54,599 nucleotides of DNA from Octopus bimaculoides (Eukaryota): the NCBI RefSeq assembly GCF_001194135.2, contig NC_069004.1, positions 22,583,883 through 22,638,481 of the forward strand, given 5' to 3'. Position 1 is the stretch's first letter, and each line of letters begins with the position of its first letter. A model generated the notes under the pieces. The model was not told the origin of the DNA. It saw nothing but the letters and a program-made list of their open reading frames with translations, and did no database searches. Positions 50,224 to 54,599 of the stretch are shown one piece after another. The position numbers and the translations under genes were made by a program.

Positions 50224-50411
50224 CATATATATATATATACATATACATATACATATATATGACGGGCTTCTTTCAGTTTCTGTCTGCCAAATCCACTCAC
50301 AAGGCTTTGGTCGGCCCGAGGCTATAGTAGAAGACACTTGCCCAAGGTGCCACGCAGTGGGACTGAACCTGGAACCATGTGGTTCGTAAGCAAGCTACTT
50401 ACCACACAGCC
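50013..50411 (-). mobile_element. SINE type A, best-preserved copy
   Basis: tRNA-like head ggctgtgtggtaagtagcttgct...ggttcagtcccactgcgtggcaccttgggcaagtg, internal (TA)n/(TG)n and an intact tail; CpGs are retained. Confidence 0.85.
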
Positions 50412-50518
50412 NNNNNNNNNNNNNNNNNNNNNNNNNNNNNNNNNNNNNNNNNNNNNNNNNNNNNNNNNNNNNNNNNNNNNNNNNNNNNNNNNNNNNNNNN
50501 NNNNNNNNNNNNNNNNNN

Positions 50519-50590
<72 letters not shown>

Positions 50591-51483
50591 GATATGTGCA
50601 TGTGTGTATGCATACTTGCTTGTGTATCTGTTTGAATGTTTATATTCTGCACTACACTTAAACACTGGTGTTTGTTGATGATCCCTCTCAACAAATTATG
50701 TACTTGCTCTGCATATTTGAAGGTGAAAAATTCTATACTTGAAAAACAGTTAAGGGTTAGTGACAGGAAAGGCATCCAACTGTAAAGCAGTTCCTTATGA
50801 GTAAATGAATACAGATGTAATAACAAATGATATATGCATGTATGTGTGTGTGGTAGATAGATAACATATAAACACATCTTTGAACACACATTTGCACATA
50901 CACACTCATGAGAGAGAGTGTGTGTGTGTGTATGCGCATGTGTGTTTATGCTCCCTATAATGTGATAAAATCAACATAGCTAACACAGTATGACATTGAA
51001 TCACCACCGCAAACATTGTTTGTTCAAATCCACTCTGGTCATTTCTTTGTTTATTTAGTTAAATAGTGCAAGTAATTCTACAATTCCTCTGATCTTAGCT
51101 ACTTGGGAATAGCTACCAGATTTTCTGGGAGTTGAATCTTACCTACTTCATACCATTAAATCAGAATGAAGTACAGGCCCCTTAATCCTTTGCCAATCTT
51201 GTGTATCACATGCAATACACAGCATGTATTTCCCTGGTTTCTACACATCTTATAATGATACATATCCCCATTTTTTTTCAAAGACTAGGCTAACTTGGGA
51301 CTTAAGAAAGGAAGGCTTTATATTACTCAGAATGTATGAAGAAAGGGCTAACTAAAAGTCTGTTAACAAGCATGGATATTTTGGATGAACATAGGAAAAT
51401 GCATTGGACAAGCAAAGGGGTTAAATTTTCTCATGTCTTAGCAAGTATTACCATGTTTTAAAATTCTCATCACATATGTATTT

Positions 51484-51562
<79 letters not shown>

Positions 51563-51738
51563 NNNNNNNNNNNNNNNNNNNNNNNNNNNNNNNNNNNNNN
51601 NNNNNNNNNNNNNNNNNNNNNNNNNCTCTCTCTCTCTCTCCCCCCCCCCATTGATCATCTGTGACCAAATCTATGGTCACTCTATCCATCCTTACATGAA
51701 ATTGTTATAGATTGTGCTCCACTTACTAATTCCTTACA

Positions 51739-51962
51739 TGAGGGGTTCTCAGCCCTTTTTTGCCTATGAACCCCTTTGATATCTATTTTACTCAGATGGA
51801 TCCTCATAGCCATTCATTGTTTAAAATCTTATTGTATTTTTATAATTAAATTATATAAAAAAGAATTTTGAAAATATTTTGTGTATTGTAGAAGTATAAC
51901 CGATTTATTGTACATAATTTTTAATAACAAAATTTTATATGGGTCCCAATTGAAAATCACTG
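51739..51962. mobile_element. hAT/Charlie-like MITE
   Basis: Degenerate TIRs gaggggttctcagc ... aattgaaaatcactg, similar to CAG(G/T)GGTTCTCAA. Confidence 0.55.
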
Positions 51963-53125
51963 CTTTACATGCTATTCAAGATCAACTAATCTCCTTTGAG
52001 ACTGCAGCAGGTTGTGAAGGTTTTTTTTTATAAATCATTAAAATACAAAATATGCACCCATCTTTGAGAGCAAGAGAAGCCTTTATATGCTAAACTGTAT
52101 GGATGATTTTTAAGTATATAGGTTCAGTGATAAACTGAGAAAAGGGATTTCTCTGGGCTAGAAAATGGTCATTTTGCAATAAAGAGGCCAATATTTAAAC
52201 ATCAGACCAAAGTTGTTTTCTTAAAATCAATATCTTCCATGCTAGTTCCCTTGTACATTCCAGAGATATGGATACTTATAAGACTTTAAAAAATTATTAG
52301 AAAACACACCCAACATTAATATAAATTTATGGTACTTCACTACTCATTTCACAAACATTGAGGCAACATAAGGCAAAAGATGAGCTAGTTATCTCTCATT
52401 TGTCTTTCAGAGACTTAGCCATTTGGTAGGAAATATTATAAACTCTCCTATCTAAATGTCATTGACTGAGATTCAAAATATCTTTGCTACAATAATGCAA
52501 GATTGAGCTTTGGGGAGGAGTTTTGAAACCTCTCTCAACTAGGATCGCCAAATGATGCTGATGTGTTTGGGTATATTCCTCCCTCCCCTCTCTTTGTCTC
52601 TCAGTACCATTGGCCAATTGTGTCTAAAGCTTCACTAAGTGTATTCTCTCTCTCCCCACCCACCATTAACCAACTCTGTAAAAACCAATTAACCAACTCA
52701 AGTTCCTGAATTGACTTTATTGATTCATGTTGGCAAATACTTAACATATACAATATATATATATATACACACATACACACATCACACCATACCATATGCA
52801 CATATCTGGTGTGCATGCACACTTATACACAACACATGCAAGCCTCCACTTATACATGCAGCACATGACCAGTCTATCTAAATTCTAATTTGAATCCATC
52901 ATTCTACATTATCAAACTGTGAACTACGGCAGCTGAGTAGGAATACATACACACTGGGCTTTTGGCTTCTCCAGTAAACAGTTCCAATCCTACTCTGGAT
53001 AATTCAATGTATCCACACTAACACAGCCAACGCAGCCACCTTACTCACACATATTGACCATAGCTTTTAGTATATATATATATATATATATNNNNNNNNN
53101 NNNNNNNNNNNNNNNNNNNNNNNNN

Positions 53126-53170
<45 letters not shown>

Positions 53171-53209
53171 TGTGTGTGTGTGTGTGTGAGTGTGTGAGCA
53201 TATACTTAT

Positions 53210-53600
53210 GTATCATCATCATTGTTTAACGTCTGGCATGGCTTGGGCAGTTTAACAGGAGCTAGTCAGCCAGGGAGCAGTCCAGACTCCAGTTGTCTGT
53301 TTTTGCATGGTTTCTACAGCCTGATGCCCTTACTAATGCCAACCACTTTAGAGAGTGTGTTGGCTGCTTCTTACATGCGATCAGCATGAGTGCATTTATG
53401 CAGCATCTGCAAAAGACATGCCTGTACATATGGATCACCCTGATTTTCGCTTGGCACGTCTTCTCAAGTACAGCAAATTGCCATAACTTCTGATCCCTTG
53501 TCATTTCCTCAGTGAGGCTCAGCATCTGAAAATCGTTTTTCACCACTTCGTCCCAGGTCTTCCTCAGTCTACCCCTTCCACAGGTTCCCTCCACAATTAT
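53210..53600 (-). mobile_element. RTE LINE 3' end: C-terminal coding sequence, 3' UTR and (ATG)n tail
   Basis: EGTCGRGRLRKTWDEVVKNDFQMLSLTEEMTRDQKLWQFAVLEKT followed by the UTR with gtggttggcattagtaagggcatcaggctgtagaaacc. Confidence 0.85.
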
Positions 53601-53622
53601 CGATCAGCACTTCTTTAACAGG

Positions 53623-53774
53623 TGCAGGAGTGGCTGTGTGGTAGGAAGCTTGCTTCCCAACCACATGATTCCAGGTTCAATCCCACTGTATGGCACCTTG
53701 GGCAAGTGTTTTCTACTATAGCTTCAGGCCAACCAAAGCCTTGTGAGTGGATTTGGTAGATGGAAATTGAAAGC

Positions 53775-53817
<43 letters not shown>

Positions 53818-54030
53818 GTATGTATTTCTTGTGTTTGTTCTCCCACCATCGCTTGACAACTGATGTTGGTGTGTTTATGTCTCCATAAATTAGCAGTTCG
53901 GCAAAAGAGACCGATAAAATAGTTGCTAGGCTTACAAAGAATAAGTCCTAGGGTTGATTTGTTTGACTAAAAGGCAGTGCTCCAGCATGGCCACATGCAA
54001 ATGACTGAGACAAGTAAAAGAATAAAAGAA
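53623..54030 (+). mobile_element. SINE type A, full length
   Basis: gcaggagtggctgtgtggtaggaagcttgcttcccaaccacatg...gactgagacaagtaaaagaataaaaga. Confidence 0.85.
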
Positions 54031-54035
54031 TATGT

Positions 54036-54077
<42 letters not shown>

Positions 54078-54112
54078 ATAACAAATAATAGAGGTGGAAA
54101 ATAGAATATATG

Positions 54113-54599
54113 AGACATCGCTCACAACGATCATTCCGACACATCCATCCTGCTTCGATTCCTCACAGATGGGATACTGTTCAACAGCAGAGAATGTGGT
54201 TCATCAGCTTACTTACTAGGAACTTGCCCAACACTTAAATATTTACGTGTGTGTGTGTGTGTGTGTGTATTGATCCTGAACATCAACTGGGAAGATCGCA
54301 TCACCAACAACTCTGTACTTGAAAGATCAGGTCTCCTGAGCATCGAAGCCTTGATCATTGAACACCGTCTCCGATGGTCAGGTCACGTTCGTCGGATGAA
54401 TGAACACCACCTTCCCAAGATCTGTCTCTACGGTGAACTGTCTGAAGGAAAACACCCTCGTGGAGCCCCCTTGAGGCGGTACAAGGACCAACTCAAATCA
54501 ACCTTGAAAAGCACCAACATCGACCCCGCACACTGGGAGGATATCTCGGCAAACAGACCCCTCTGGAGGCAAGCCATCAAAACGGGTTCAGCGGACTTT
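54113..54599 (+). mobile_element. RTE-BovB-like LINE pieces (runs off the window)
   Basis: DTSILLRFLTDGILFNSR (54113-54195). After a (GT)n tract, an uninterrupted frame from 54273 reads ILNINWEDRITNNSVLERSGLLSIEALIIEHRLRWSGHVRRMNEHHLPKICLYGELSEGKHPRGAPLRRYKDQLKSTLK...W..ISANRPLWRQAI. Confidence 0.85.

Overview
AT-rich, microsatellite-laden eukaryotic scaffold with six N gaps. The repeat repertoire looks like a coleoid cephalopod (Octopus-like); that assignment is inference. Most of the window is decayed transposable elements: RTE-clade LINE fragments, a 3.5-kb 5'-truncated Tx1/L1-clade LINE, a Hero-like RLE LINE fossil, an LTR-less Ty3/gypsy internal region, a maT (DD37D) element, three mariner derivatives, two SINE types and several foldback elements. 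No complete host gene could be assembled. A CpG-rich segment at about 30.3-30.7 kb carries two head-to-head candidate first exons. Three observations stand out. (1) The Tx1 LINE and two SINE tail variants end in the same CCTTGTG-N15-(ATT)n signature, sit in (AAT)n tracts, and the SINEs form unidirectional head-to-tail arrays, suggesting a microsatellite-targeting LINE/SINE pair. (2) A strand-asymmetric RNA structure (two adjacent long hairpins plus a competing helix) buries the AUG of the minus-strand candidate exon. (3) Two foldback elements carry hammerhead-like CUGAAGA motifs near their symmetry centres. Boundaries of degenerate elements are approximate (tens of bp).
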